A stretch of 25,641 nt of DNA, taken from contig CAZJQC010000019.1 of NCBI GenBank assembly GCA_964548195.1, positions 1-25,641 of the forward strand. Direction: 5' to 3'. Made by a program: the position numbers and the translations under genes. Shown here piece by piece: positions 17,292 to 25,641 of this stretch. This stretch comes from an uncultured bacterium. GTDB lineage: Bacteria > Macinerneyibacteriota > Macinerneyibacteria > Macinerneyibacteriales > DSCS01. Each line of letters opens with the position of its first letter. The first letter of the stretch is position 1. The notes below the pieces were generated by a model. The model did not search any database. It was given only the letters and a program-made list of their open reading frames with translations, and was not told where the DNA came from.

Positions 17292-18347
17292 TCTTTTTTT
17301 GAACAGCCGGCATATTCTTTCCGCCAGCCTGGGTAACTCACGGCTGGCGGAAAGGGCCGCCGTGTAATAGAGATAATGGCAAAAGTGTCTGTATCTGAAC
17401 AGTCTGTATCTGGGGTATTCGACCGGATTCCAGTCATATTTAAAGGATTCGTTTCCCCGCATGAAGGAGATCTTTCTGATGCCTTCGGCATGGGCGTCCT
17501 CGACTATGAATTTTAAGAGCGAGTGCGAAAGCGAATACTTTCTGTAATCATAATCATAGCCGGGTATGCGGAGCTGCAGGGTGTCGCCGGTAATATATGC
17601 AAGCCTTATGGCAAGTGTCTTTCCGCCTGCGCTAAGCGAGTAAAGACGGTATGCCCGGGGGTCAAGCCCCTCCGTGAGGCCGGTGAAATAATCCCTGTAC
17701 TCACTGTGGTTGAAAACCGAATCATATACCTTGTGGCTGAACACCTCTTTGTTTAATTCGAACAGCAGCGCCAGTGTCTCTCCGGTCTCTTCCGGCGAGG
17801 CCTTTATCAGAGCGGGCGTGCCCAGGTCCCGTTCAATATTGCTTATCCTTCGGAAAAGGTTTCGTCTCATGCGCCGTTCAAGCGAAGAAAAATAGAGTTC
17901 CGTAGATGGCGGAAGTTCTATTATCAGTTCGCTGGCGAAGCGGAACCATCGGGTTCTTGCCGTTTTTATTTTATTTTTCTCATCCTCGTAGAAATAGTTC
18001 CATATAAGCAGATCATGGGGGATAAGTCTTTCCATTTCTGCAAAGAAGACATCGTCCGGAAGGTCTCCGGGGAAAAAGCGAAGTCTGCGTACAAAATCAT
18101 TCCCCACCGGCTGCAGTATTCTAAGGCCGAAGGATCTTTTGATTTCCAGGGGTATTATGGACAGTATGGTCTCCCGATCGTCTCGTGCTATGACGATTGC
18201 CGGAGAATTGCCTGAAAGGCGAAGGTTGGACACCGTCCAGTTCCATGTGTTGTAAATATTTTCCTCGGGGAGAGTACGGCACCACTCGTCCCATTGCGTC
18301 CTTATTTTCACTATGCCCTCGAGAGAGCCTATCACTTCGGTCTTCAT
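17286..18347 (-). CDS. GNAT-fold protein of the CelD/BcsL (Acetyltransf_6) type
   Basis: W..W N-terminus, YFSSLERRMRRNL.R, GYDYDYRKYSLSHSLL and FMRGNESFKYDW. GGAGG before ATG 18347. Confidence 0.82.
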   Translation of the reverse strand: MKTEVIGSLEGIVKIRTQWDEWCRTLPEENIYNTWNWTVSNLRLSGNSPAIVIARDDRETILSIIPLEIKRSFGLRILQPVGNDFVRRLRFFPGDLPDDVFFAEMERLIPHDLLIWNYFYEDEKNKIKTARTRWFRFASELIIELPPSTELYFSSLERRMRRNLFRRISNIERDLGTPALIKASPEETGETLALLFELNKEVFSHKVYDSVFNHSEYRDYFTGLTEGLDPRAYRLYSLSAGGKTLAIRLAYITGDTLQLRIPGYDYDYRKYSLSHSLLKFIVEDAHAEGIRKISFMRGNESFKYDWNPVEYPRYRLFRYRHFCHYLYYTAALSASRELPRLAERICRLFKKRS

Positions 18348-18455
18348 CCGTCCTCCGCACGCATTATAGACCAAATATGTGATCTTTTCAAGGCGTTAAA
18401 AAGATGAGTTGACCGGCGCTTTTTTGTGTGACATATTGAATACGGGGTGATAGAT

Positions 18456-19118
18456 ATGGAGGATATGTCATTTTGGGACGTCGTCATGAAGCGCCGTAGT
18501 GTCAGAGTCTTCACGGACAAGATGCCTTCCGAAAAAGATATACGCAGGGTGATCGACGCGGCCTGCCGCGCGCCTTCGGGTAAAAACAAACAGAATTGGC
18601 ATTTTACTGTCATCAGCGACAGTGAGATGATCGGACACATAGCGGACCTTGTCACAGCAAAGAATGGACAGATCGCGGAATCGGCAGGAAGCCCGGATGC
18701 CGCGGAGCGGTTTCGGGGATTTTCCCGGTATTCGGTTTTCTTCAGACATGCGCCGGTCCTTATATTGGTCTTTGCGGGGCCCTATAATGTCACAGGGGCC
18801 GCGGAACTGAAGGCCGCCGGGCTCGAGGATGAAAGCCGGCGCGCACTCGAGACGGCGCCGGGGATTCAAAGCGTCGCCGCCGCAATGGAAAACCTTCTGC
18901 TGGCGGCCGCGGCCCTGGGGCTGGGCACATGCTGGATGACAAGTGCGAATTACGCAGCTGCGGAGATCGTGAGCTACGTCGGCCGGCCGGCCGAGGGTTT
19001 TGAGTTGATCGCCATGACGCCGCTGGGTTATCCGGCCGACGGAACGGCGCCGGGTCAAAGGGACGCACCGAAAGCGAAAGTGACTTTCCTGCCGCGTGAA
19101 ATGGGGCAATCACGTTGA
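18456..19118 (+). CDS. Nitroreductase family protein (FMN-binding)
   Basis: KRRSVRVF, APSGKNKQNWHF, AAAMENLLLAAAALGLGTCW and PLGYP. GGGGTGA precedes ATG 18456; GTG 18447 is an alternative start. Confidence 0.92.
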   Translation: MEDMSFWDVVMKRRSVRVFTDKMPSEKDIRRVIDAACRAPSGKNKQNWHFTVISDSEMIGHIADLVTAKNGQIAESAGSPDAAERFRGFSRYSVFFRHAPVLILVFAGPYNVTGAAELKAAGLEDESRRALETAPGIQSVAAAMENLLLAAAALGLGTCWMTSANYAAAEIVSYVGRPAEGFELIAMTPLGYPADGTAPGQRDAPKAKVTFLPREMGQSR

Positions 19119-19672
19119 ATATCGGGATGTTCGCGGCTGGATCCGGGCCTGAACATGTTATATCCGCGTATTCTGATGATATATTCGAGATATACTCGGA
19201 TCATGACGTCTGCAGGTATCTGCAGATGAAGCCTCTTGAATGCCCCCGGGACGCCGTGGCGTTGATGGAGTCATGGTTCGAAGATTTTAAAAAAGGGCGC
19301 GGCGTGAGATGGCTGGTATATTCCGGTCCGGGGTCCGATGTCTGTATCGGTGTCATGGGGCTTGCCCATATCGACGCCCCAAACAGATGCTGCGAGCTTA
19401 CCATGGCGCTGAAAAACAGTTCCCGTTATGCGGGCAAGGGCGGCGAAAGCATCCCGGTCCTCCTTGATATTGCTTTCGGTGATATGCATATGGAACGGGC
19501 TGAGTTGAGATGCCATCCGCAACATCGTGTCTCGAGGAGGCTTGCTGAAAAATACGGCTTTGTCTTTGAGGGGGTGTTGAGGGATTATATCAGGATGAAC
19601 TGCTATGAGGATGAGGCGGTATATTCGATCTTGAAAGGCGAATACCTGCGGTTTTTTAAAATAAACGGTTGA
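19115..19672 (+). CDS. RimJ/RimL-type GNAT N-acetyltransferase
   Basis: IFEIYSD.DV.RY, GVRW, LLDIAF, SRRLAEKYGFVFEGVLRDY and YSILK.EY. TTG start overlaps the nitroreductase TGA. Confidence 0.85.
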   Translation: MNIGMFAAGSGPEHVISAYSDDIFEIYSDHDVCRYLQMKPLECPRDAVALMESWFEDFKKGRGVRWLVYSGPGSDVCIGVMGLAHIDAPNRCCELTMALKNSSRYAGKGGESIPVLLDIAFGDMHMERAELRCHPQHRVSRRLAEKYGFVFEGVLRDYIRMNCYEDEAVYSILKGEYLRFFKING

Positions 19673-19730
19673 AAAAAAGCATCGAAAGTGTGAAACTATA
19701 TAGGGAGCGCCGCACGGATGGATTTTTCTC

Positions 19731-19758
19731 TTGATAATGGCGCGTCGTTTAATATACT
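19731..19758 (+). promoter_or_regulatory. Probable promoter of the TPR-to-rluD operon
   Basis: TTGATA (19731-19736), 16-bp spacer, TATACT (19753-19758), 20 nt before ATG 19779. Confidence 0.5.
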
Positions 19759-19778
19759 AAACGCAGGAGCGAGGTATT

Positions 19779-20570
19779 ATGAAAAAATTGATATTTCCCG
19801 AGGATGTCAGCATAGAAAGCCGGGCGGATGTCGACAGCGTTGAGTATCAGCTTAAAATAGGCGACGAGGAATATGTGCTCGAGAACTATGACAAAGCTCT
19901 GGAGGCTTATAACAAAGTAATAACATTCGGCGGTGTCTATCCGGACGTATATAACAAAATAGGCATTATTTTGAACTTTTTGGGTAAAAAACATGAAGCC
20001 GTTGACTCGTTCAAAAACGCCCTGAAAGCCAACCCCAACTATCTTGACGCCATCGTGAACCTGGGTTCGCTGTTTTCAGAGATAGGCGATGAGGACAATG
20101 CCATAAAACAGTTTAAAAAAGCGCTTGCCCTGGACCCCAATAATTCCGAGGCGTTATTTAATCTCAGACTTGCTGCCAGCAAGGAATCGCAGGGCAGGGG
20201 CTTTGACCAGGTCGAGTTCATGATAGATATAGGGAAATCCTATTATGAGGAAAACATGTATAGGCAGGCGATAGAAAAGTTCAAGGAAGTAGTGCGCATA
20301 AAACCCAACTACCATGATGTGGCGCTGCTTTTGGCCAATGCCTATCTGCAGGACGGATTTTATCAGAACGCAGAGAACGTCTATCTTTCCATACTCTCAA
20401 AAAAGCCGGATTGGGACGTTATATACGTCAATCTCGGGACATTGCACTATAATCTCCGCGATTACGACAAATCGATCAAATATTGGGAAAAGGCCATAGA
20501 TTACGGCGCCGATCCGGACAAGGTCAAACTGTGCATTCAGGAAGCGGCAACCCGCAGGGAGAACGGCTGA
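19779..20570 (+). CDS. Tetratricopeptide repeat protein
   Basis: Multiple TPR units (e.g. AIVNLGSLFSEIGDEDNAIKQFKKALALDPNN and IYVNLGTLHYNLRDYDKSIKYWEKAI). GAGG RBS. Confidence 0.9.
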   Translation: MKKLIFPEDVSIESRADVDSVEYQLKIGDEEYVLENYDKALEAYNKVITFGGVYPDVYNKIGIILNFLGKKHEAVDSFKNALKANPNYLDAIVNLGSLFSEIGDEDNAIKQFKKALALDPNNSEALFNLRLAASKESQGRGFDQVEFMIDIGKSYYEENMYRQAIEKFKEVVRIKPNYHDVALLLANAYLQDGFYQNAENVYLSILSKKPDWDVIYVNLGTLHYNLRDYDKSIKYWEKAIDYGADPDKVKLCIQEAATRRENG

Positions 20571-20571
20571 G

Positions 20572-21087
20572 ATGATACAAAACTACGGAAAAGAAGCGCC
20601 TGTGATATCGCTACGCACATTTATTCATGAGACGGCCGTGATCATAGGGCGCGTTGAGATAGCTGATTTTGTCAACATATGGCCCGGTGTGGTCATCAGG
20701 GGGGATGTCAACCGCATCAGTATCGGCGAGATGACAAACATACAGGACAACAGCGTGATACATGTCGCGGAGGAATACCCCGCAGTCATCGGAAATAACG
20801 TCACCGTCGGCCATGCCGCCGTCATACATGCCAGCGAGATCGGGGATAACTGTCTGATCGGCATGGGCGCCACTGTGTTGGACGGGGCCCGAATAGGGAG
20901 GGATTCCGTGATAGGGGCCAACGCCCTGGTCCCCAAGAACATGTCTGTGCCGCCGGGCAGCATGGTGCTCGGCATGCCCGCAAAAGTGGTAAGAGCGCTC
21001 AGCGACGGGGAAAAACGCATGCTGACCGATTCCGCGGAGCATTACTGGAAATTGGCAATGGAATATAAGGAGACTAAATCTATATGA
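20572..21087 (+). CDS. Gamma carbonic anhydrase-like hexapeptide-repeat protein (YrdA/CaiE/PaaY family)
   Basis: IRGDVN.I.IG..TNIQDNSVIH and VTVGH.AVIH (three metal-binding His), CLIGMGA.VLDGA, G.PAKVVR. Confidence 0.93.
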   Translation: MIQNYGKEAPVISLRTFIHETAVIIGRVEIADFVNIWPGVVIRGDVNRISIGEMTNIQDNSVIHVAEEYPAVIGNNVTVGHAAVIHASEIGDNCLIGMGATVLDGARIGRDSVIGANALVPKNMSVPPGSMVLGMPAKVVRALSDGEKRMLTDSAEHYWKLAMEYKETKSI

Positions 21088-22829
21088 AAAAGATCTGCAC
21101 ATTTGTTATTCTCATGGTTTCATCGTTTATCTTATGCGCCGGTGCCGAGGGGAAGACCCCGGACCCGTCGCTTTTGAACAATATATATCAAAGGGCATAC
21201 GAGCAGTATGCGGATGGTGATTTCAGGGAAGCCGCCGGGGTCTTTTCGGATTACCTTAAGGCGGCTGATAAAGGCGATGAGCGGATTCCGGATGTTTACT
21301 TTTATCTGGGCAATATCTATAGATATGCCTTGAAATATGAGAGGGCCAGATCTTTTTATTGGAAGATAATCTCCGATTACCCCGCTTCTTCGATAAACAT
21401 GCGCGCTCAGTTTTACGTTGCCCGGTCGTATGATGAAGACGGGGAGTTCTACAAGGCTCTGGAATACTATAACAACATAGCGGCCTCGGATACTGCCGAT
21501 GATAATATAAGGCGTATGTCGGAAGATATGGTGAAAAACATCGCGATGAAGCGGCTGGATTCAAAATCAAGGGAGCGCGCGGTCTCTCAGTTGCCTCCTT
21601 CGGATGCCCTGAAAGCTGCGTATCTGGATGTGGGACGGTCTTATTTGGCGGCCGGCAGATACAAAGACGCCGCAAACGTCTTCGAAAAGATGAAAATGAC
21701 CGATTTTTCTCAGGAAGCCGAATATTATCTCAGCCTTGCCGCGTTGAAGGGTGAATTCCCCGGCGCCAAGATCGGGGTGATGCTGCCCCTTACCGGAAAG
21801 TATTCCAAACTCGGCAACGATCTCTATAATTCCATAACGATGATGCATGAGTATAACAATGAAAGGCTTAAAAAAGGGCGCAAGGCCGTCATCATACGCG
21901 CCGATACATGCAGCGACCCCGACAAGATACCGGAGTTATACGAAAAGCTTGTCAAAAAGGGAGTCAATATTGTAATAGGGCCGGTGCAGTCACAGGCTGC
22001 CGAGTCGTTAAAGCCCTATGTCGAAAAATATAAAGTGCCCGTGATGTTTTTAGTGGCATCGGACGACAACATACCGTTGAAAAGCAGATACTATTTCAGA
22101 AACTCCATAAGGCATGACGACGAGACTCTCTCGCTTGCCGATTATGGAGTGCGCAAATTGAGGCTGACTAATTTTGCAGTGCTTGTGCCCGATGATGAAA
22201 AGGGCATCTCCTGCGGAAAGACATTTCAGAAAAGGGTGGAGACATATAATGCGGTCCTGCCCGTTTTCGCCACGTATAAAAAGGGAGACACCACCTATAC
22301 GGACCAGTTGAAAATGGCTCAGAGCTCCTTTGTCGAAGGCCTGTTCATATACGGCACAAATCAGAAAGACCTTCAGCAGCTGGTGCCCTCAATACCGTAT
22401 GTGGGCCTTAACGTATCAGTATTGTCCGATTCAAGCCTGTACGACGATTTCCTTTTCAGGGTGCTTGGCGATGATATAAACGGTGTCATCATAGCCACTT
22501 ATTTCAATAAGGATGATTTCGGCATACTTGAAAAAGACATATATGACAGATTTATTGACCGCTACAACCACACTCTCGATCAGATGTCGGTATTGGGCAT
22601 CGATGCGTATAACCTGGCTTTTGAGGGCATACGCAGAAGTGCGGGGATCGGCGGCGATGACTTGGTAAGATCTCTCCTGTCCATCGATGCTTACGACGGA
22701 TTATGCGGTAACATCGAGGTCACCGGCGACGGTGATGTCAAAAAGGAAATATTCCTTTATAAGATCGAAGACAACAAGCCGCATAAACTGAAAGTGGAAT
22801 CAGATGGAAAGAATATTGTGGAAATCTAA
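21084..22829 (+). CDS. Exported protein: N-terminal TPRs plus a type-1 periplasmic-binding fold (LpoA/LppC-like PBP activator or ABC binding protein)
   Basis: Signal peptide. TPRs (PDVYFYLG, AQFYVARSY). KIGVMLPLTGKYSKLG, VIGP, LGIDAY and GLCGNI motifs. ATGA overlap with the upstream gene. Confidence 0.8.
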   Translation: MKKICTFVILMVSSFILCAGAEGKTPDPSLLNNIYQRAYEQYADGDFREAAGVFSDYLKAADKGDERIPDVYFYLGNIYRYALKYERARSFYWKIISDYPASSINMRAQFYVARSYDEDGEFYKALEYYNNIAASDTADDNIRRMSEDMVKNIAMKRLDSKSRERAVSQLPPSDALKAAYLDVGRSYLAAGRYKDAANVFEKMKMTDFSQEAEYYLSLAALKGEFPGAKIGVMLPLTGKYSKLGNDLYNSITMMHEYNNERLKKGRKAVIIRADTCSDPDKIPELYEKLVKKGVNIVIGPVQSQAAESLKPYVEKYKVPVMFLVASDDNIPLKSRYYFRNSIRHDDETLSLADYGVRKLRLTNFAVLVPDDEKGISCGKTFQKRVETYNAVLPVFATYKKGDTTYTDQLKMAQSSFVEGLFIYGTNQKDLQQLVPSIPYVGLNVSVLSDSSLYDDFLFRVLGDDINGVIIATYFNKDDFGILEKDIYDRFIDRYNHTLDQMSVLGIDAYNLAFEGIRRSAGIGGDDLVRSLLSIDAYDGLCGNIEVTGDGDVKKEIFLYKIEDNKPHKLKVESDGKNIVEI

Positions 22830-24501
22830 CCGCTTTTTTATAATACTGTTTATACTGTTTGCCGCCGCCGCTTTTTCGGCTTCGAAGATACCGGGATCCT
22901 ATCTGGATATCAGGCTTTTTGAGGGGCAGGACAAGCTCTTCCATTTTATCGAATTCCTGTTGATCGCATTTTCCGGATATGTGGCGTTTAGAAAAAGACG
23001 CAATTTCAGGTCTTTTCTTTTTCTCTTTGCCATTTTTTTTGCATTCGCAGATGAGTTTTTTCAACAGTTTGTGCCCGGCAGAGCCCCCGATGTCTCGGAT
23101 TTTGCGGTTGACCTCATACCCTTTGTGCTCATCTTTTTTATAAAGACCCCTTTGAAAGTAAACAGCGTGAGCGTGAGCGGGCTCTATGATAGAAAGGTCT
23201 TTGATCTGCTCAGGTCGGTTATACCGGGAATATATTTTGATGTGGACGGAAGCGGGGAGCTGCTCGTACATATATGTCCGGATCATGTCGACTATACATA
23301 CAAGGGCTCGCTTATATTATCCTCGGATTTTAAACAGATCCGGAAGGACCCGTCTCTTGGCGCGAAGAACAGGGTGTACCGTGATTTTGAGTCCTTTCTC
23401 GACAGGCGGATATCACCATGGGGGCTGCTTTTTCAGACAAGGCCGTCAAAGATCATGGAGCGTATAGAAAACGGTGACAGTATCAGGACGCTTAAACGGG
23501 AATATCGCGTGTCGGGAGAAAAGGCAAGGCTGCTGCGGAGTGTCTATGAAAAGGAACAGTCTCTTGAACAAGCAATTGTGGGTTCCGGCGGGTTGTACCT
23601 CGGCATACCTTTTTGCCCCTCAAAATGCTCATACTGCTCTTTCACCTCGTACCCCAGGGAGAAGTACGCCAAATACTACAAACCATTCGTCAACGCGCTG
23701 ACCATGGAGATGGAAGGCCGTCTCCATGACGCTGAACTTGTCGATTTCATCTACATAGGCGGCGGGACCCCCTTTACGCTGGACGAAAAAGAGCTTGATA
23801 TGCTTCTGAGTACATTGGCCCGTTTGACGGATGCCTCGGCAATAAGGGAGTTTACCGTGGAGGCGGGACGCCCCGAGCTTTTCACGGATGAGAAATGCGC
23901 CATATTGAGGGAACACGGCGTGAACAGGATCGCCATAAACCCCCAGACCTTTAATGACAACACCCTTAAACGGGTGGGGCGTTTGTCTACGGCTGCTGAT
24001 TTTCACCATGCCTATAAGATGTCGCTGCGCCATGGGTTTGAGCATATAAACGCCGACCTTATTATCGGCCTGCCGGGGGAGACCGGACGGGACCACATCA
24101 GATCCGTGCGCGAACTCTCACGTCTTGAAAAGATAGACAATGTCACAATACATGCCCTTTCCCCGAAAAGGGGGGCCGCGATGAGATTCGACGACAGCGC
24201 GTCATCGGCCAATATTGCCGGTTCACTGAAAACTGCCGGCAAGATATTGAAAAGGGAGGGTTTTGCGCCGTATTATCTCTATAAACAAAGACATATTACG
24301 GACAACCTTGAGAACGTGGGATACGCCAGGCAGGATGCTGAATGTCTTTACAATATTGCGATGATATCGGAAAAGACACCCATCATGGGATTCGGGGTGG
24401 GCGCAAGTTCGAAACGTATCGATGACGGGGACGTCGTGACGATCAAAAACCCAAAGGACTTGAGTTTGTATATAAACAGCATGGAAAAAAAGTATGGATA
24501 A
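22804..24501 (+). CDS. hemZ: Fusion of an N-terminal VanZ-like membrane domain to a HemZ-type (HemN-like) radical SAM protein
   Basis: VanZ part: DKLFHFIEF...DEFFQQFVPGR..DVSDF..D. HemZ part: PWG....RPSKI, YLGIPFCPSKCSYCSF (CxxxCxxC), YIGGGTP, EFTVEAGRPE, INPQT, DLIIGLPGE, PYYLYKQ..NLENVGYA and NPKD..YI. Confidence 0.85.
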   Translation: MERILWKSNRFFIILFILFAAAAFSASKIPGSYLDIRLFEGQDKLFHFIEFLLIAFSGYVAFRKRRNFRSFLFLFAIFFAFADEFFQQFVPGRAPDVSDFAVDLIPFVLIFFIKTPLKVNSVSVSGLYDRKVFDLLRSVIPGIYFDVDGSGELLVHICPDHVDYTYKGSLILSSDFKQIRKDPSLGAKNRVYRDFESFLDRRISPWGLLFQTRPSKIMERIENGDSIRTLKREYRVSGEKARLLRSVYEKEQSLEQAIVGSGGLYLGIPFCPSKCSYCSFTSYPREKYAKYYKPFVNALTMEMEGRLHDAELVDFIYIGGGTPFTLDEKELDMLLSTLARLTDASAIREFTVEAGRPELFTDEKCAILREHGVNRIAINPQTFNDNTLKRVGRLSTAADFHHAYKMSLRHGFEHINADLIIGLPGETGRDHIRSVRELSRLEKIDNVTIHALSPKRGAAMRFDDSASSANIAGSLKTAGKILKREGFAPYYLYKQRHITDNLENVGYARQDAECLYNIAMISEKTPIMGFGVGASSKRIDDGDVVTIKNPKDLSLYINSMEKKYG

Positions 24502-25402
24502 GATCACTTTTATATCGGACGCCCCCGCTCAGAGAGTGGACCGCTTTCTGTCGGACAGACTGGAATGGGCGACAAGAAGCACCATAAAAAGATGGATACT
24601 GGGAGGGTGTCTCAAGTTGAACGGGACGGTATTGTCAAAACCGGGCAGGAAGATAGAGACAGGCGGTCTGCTGGAACTGCATGTGCCGAAAAGAGAGCCG
24701 CTTGAGATGAAAGGCGAAGACATACCTATAGATATCGTTTATGAGGACGAATGGCTCGCTGTTATCAACAAACAGCCCGGCCTTGTTGTCCATCCCGGCG
24801 CGGGCAATCCGGACGGCACCCTTGTAAACGCCATGATATATCACTTTGACAGACTTTCGGATATAGAGGCCGCGCGGCCCGGCATCGTCCACAGGCTTGA
24901 CAAGGACACATCGGGACTGATGATCATAGCAAAGGATGACAGCGTTCACTGGAAATTAAGTGCCATGATCGCGGAGAAGGCGGTCAAAAGAATATATTGG
25001 GGCATCACCGTGGGTAACTTCAATTCCGATTCCGGCATAATAACGGCGCCTATCGGAAGGGACAGAAAAGACAGGCGCAAGATGGCCGTGGTAAACGAGG
25101 GCAGGCCCGCCGCCACGGAATATCGCGTACTGACCCGCTACAGCGGTTTTTCGCTTACGGAGTTCTCGCTCATGACAGGGCGCACGCATCAGATAAGGGT
25201 TCACGCGGCATTTACCGGCCACCCGATACTGGGAGACCCGGTATACGGAGGCAGGACGGGGCTAAAACCCTTCCGGTCCATAAGCCGTCAGATGCTCCAT
25301 TCAAAAAGACTCTCATTCAGCCATCCGGTAACAGGGGAAGAATTGAGTTTCGAGGTGGCTGTATGGCCCGATATGCGCGATGTCCTTGAGACTCTGGACT
25401 AG
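24494..25402 (+). CDS. rluD: RluA-family pseudouridine synthase with N-terminal S4 domain (RluD-like)
   Basis: RVDRFL (S4), NKQPGLVVHPG, GIVHRLDKDTSG (catalytic Asp), TGRTHQIRVH, GDPVYG and QMLHS..L.F.HP. Confidence 0.93.
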   Translation: MDKITFISDAPAQRVDRFLSDRLEWATRSTIKRWILGGCLKLNGTVLSKPGRKIETGGLLELHVPKREPLEMKGEDIPIDIVYEDEWLAVINKQPGLVVHPGAGNPDGTLVNAMIYHFDRLSDIEAARPGIVHRLDKDTSGLMIIAKDDSVHWKLSAMIAEKAVKRIYWGITVGNFNSDSGIITAPIGRDRKDRRKMAVVNEGRPAATEYRVLTRYSGFSLTEFSLMTGRTHQIRVHAAFTGHPILGDPVYGGRTGLKPFRSISRQMLHSKRLSFSHPVTGEELSFEVAVWPDMRDVLETLD

Positions 25403-25641
25403 GTCACTATGTACCTGGGTATGAGCGGATTGATACGTGAGACTATTTCGTAATTGATCGTCCCCACCATCTCTGCCAGCGTTTCTGCCGATATGGTCTC
25501 GTCTCCTGAACGTCCTATAAGGACCACCTCGTCCTCAAGCGATGCATCCGGGATATGGGTTATATCGACGATCGTCATATTCATGCATATACGGCCGCGT
25601 ATGGGGGCACGTCTCCCCCTGATCAGGACATAGCCGACATT
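25399..25641 (-). CDS. alr: Alanine racemase, C-terminal part (start lies outside the window)
   Basis: Frame open to the window edge: NVGYVLIRGRRAPIRGRICMNMTIVD...DEVVLIG...AEMVGTINYEIVSRI...IPR, the Alr C-terminal domain pattern. Confidence 0.9.
   Translation of the reverse strand, partial: NVGYVLIRGRRAPIRGRICMNMTIVDITHIPDASLEDEVVLIGRSGDETISAETLAEMVGTINYEIVSRINPLIPRYIVT

Noticed and set aside
22804..23150. VanZ domain plus nearby alr as a glycopeptide-resistance locus
   Set aside because: No vanHAX/vanRS genes are present, VanZ-like domains are widespread, and alr is convergent and housekeeping.
1..25641. CRISPR arrays, tRNA/rRNA, riboswitches, IS elements, prophage or defence genes
   Set aside because: No spaced repeats, cloverleafs, transposase/integrase or defence motifs were seen. 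Intergenic gaps are short and explained by promoters or terminators. A covariance-model search was not possible, so small RNAs cannot be fully excluded.

Overview
Gene-dense, roughly 50% GC bacterial chromosomal segment containing 21 complete and 2 edge-truncated CDSs. I found no rRNA, tRNA, CRISPR array or mobile element. In order: beta-propeller-type lipoproteins; an RRM RNA-binding protein; a minus-strand operon of DUF5685, a J-domain protein with a 12-Cys C-terminal tail and a membrane protein; a TspO-like protein; a nifS-nifU Fe-S assembly pair; a Cu(I) P1B-ATPase (copA); a threonine-synthase-like PLP enzyme; a CBM9/DUF5916-type probable outer-membrane protein; cinA; an HD hydrolase; tag; a second paralogous lipoprotein; two GNATs; a nitroreductase; a coupled operon (TPR protein, gamma-CA-like protein, LpoA-like protein, VanZ-HemZ fusion, RluD-type synthase); and the 3' end of alr. 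The most interesting observations are four. (1) copA has an in-frame internal Shine-Dalgarno plus GTG that would release a CopZ-sized chaperone from its C-terminal metal-binding domain. (2) DUF5685 shows isoprenoid-synthase-like Asp motifs and is coupled to the cysteine-string J-protein. (3) A VanZ membrane domain is fused to a HemZ radical SAM enzyme. (4) The stand-alone NIF pair looks like the Campylobacterota/Entamoeba type. All family calls come from motif recognition by eye; no database searches were run.
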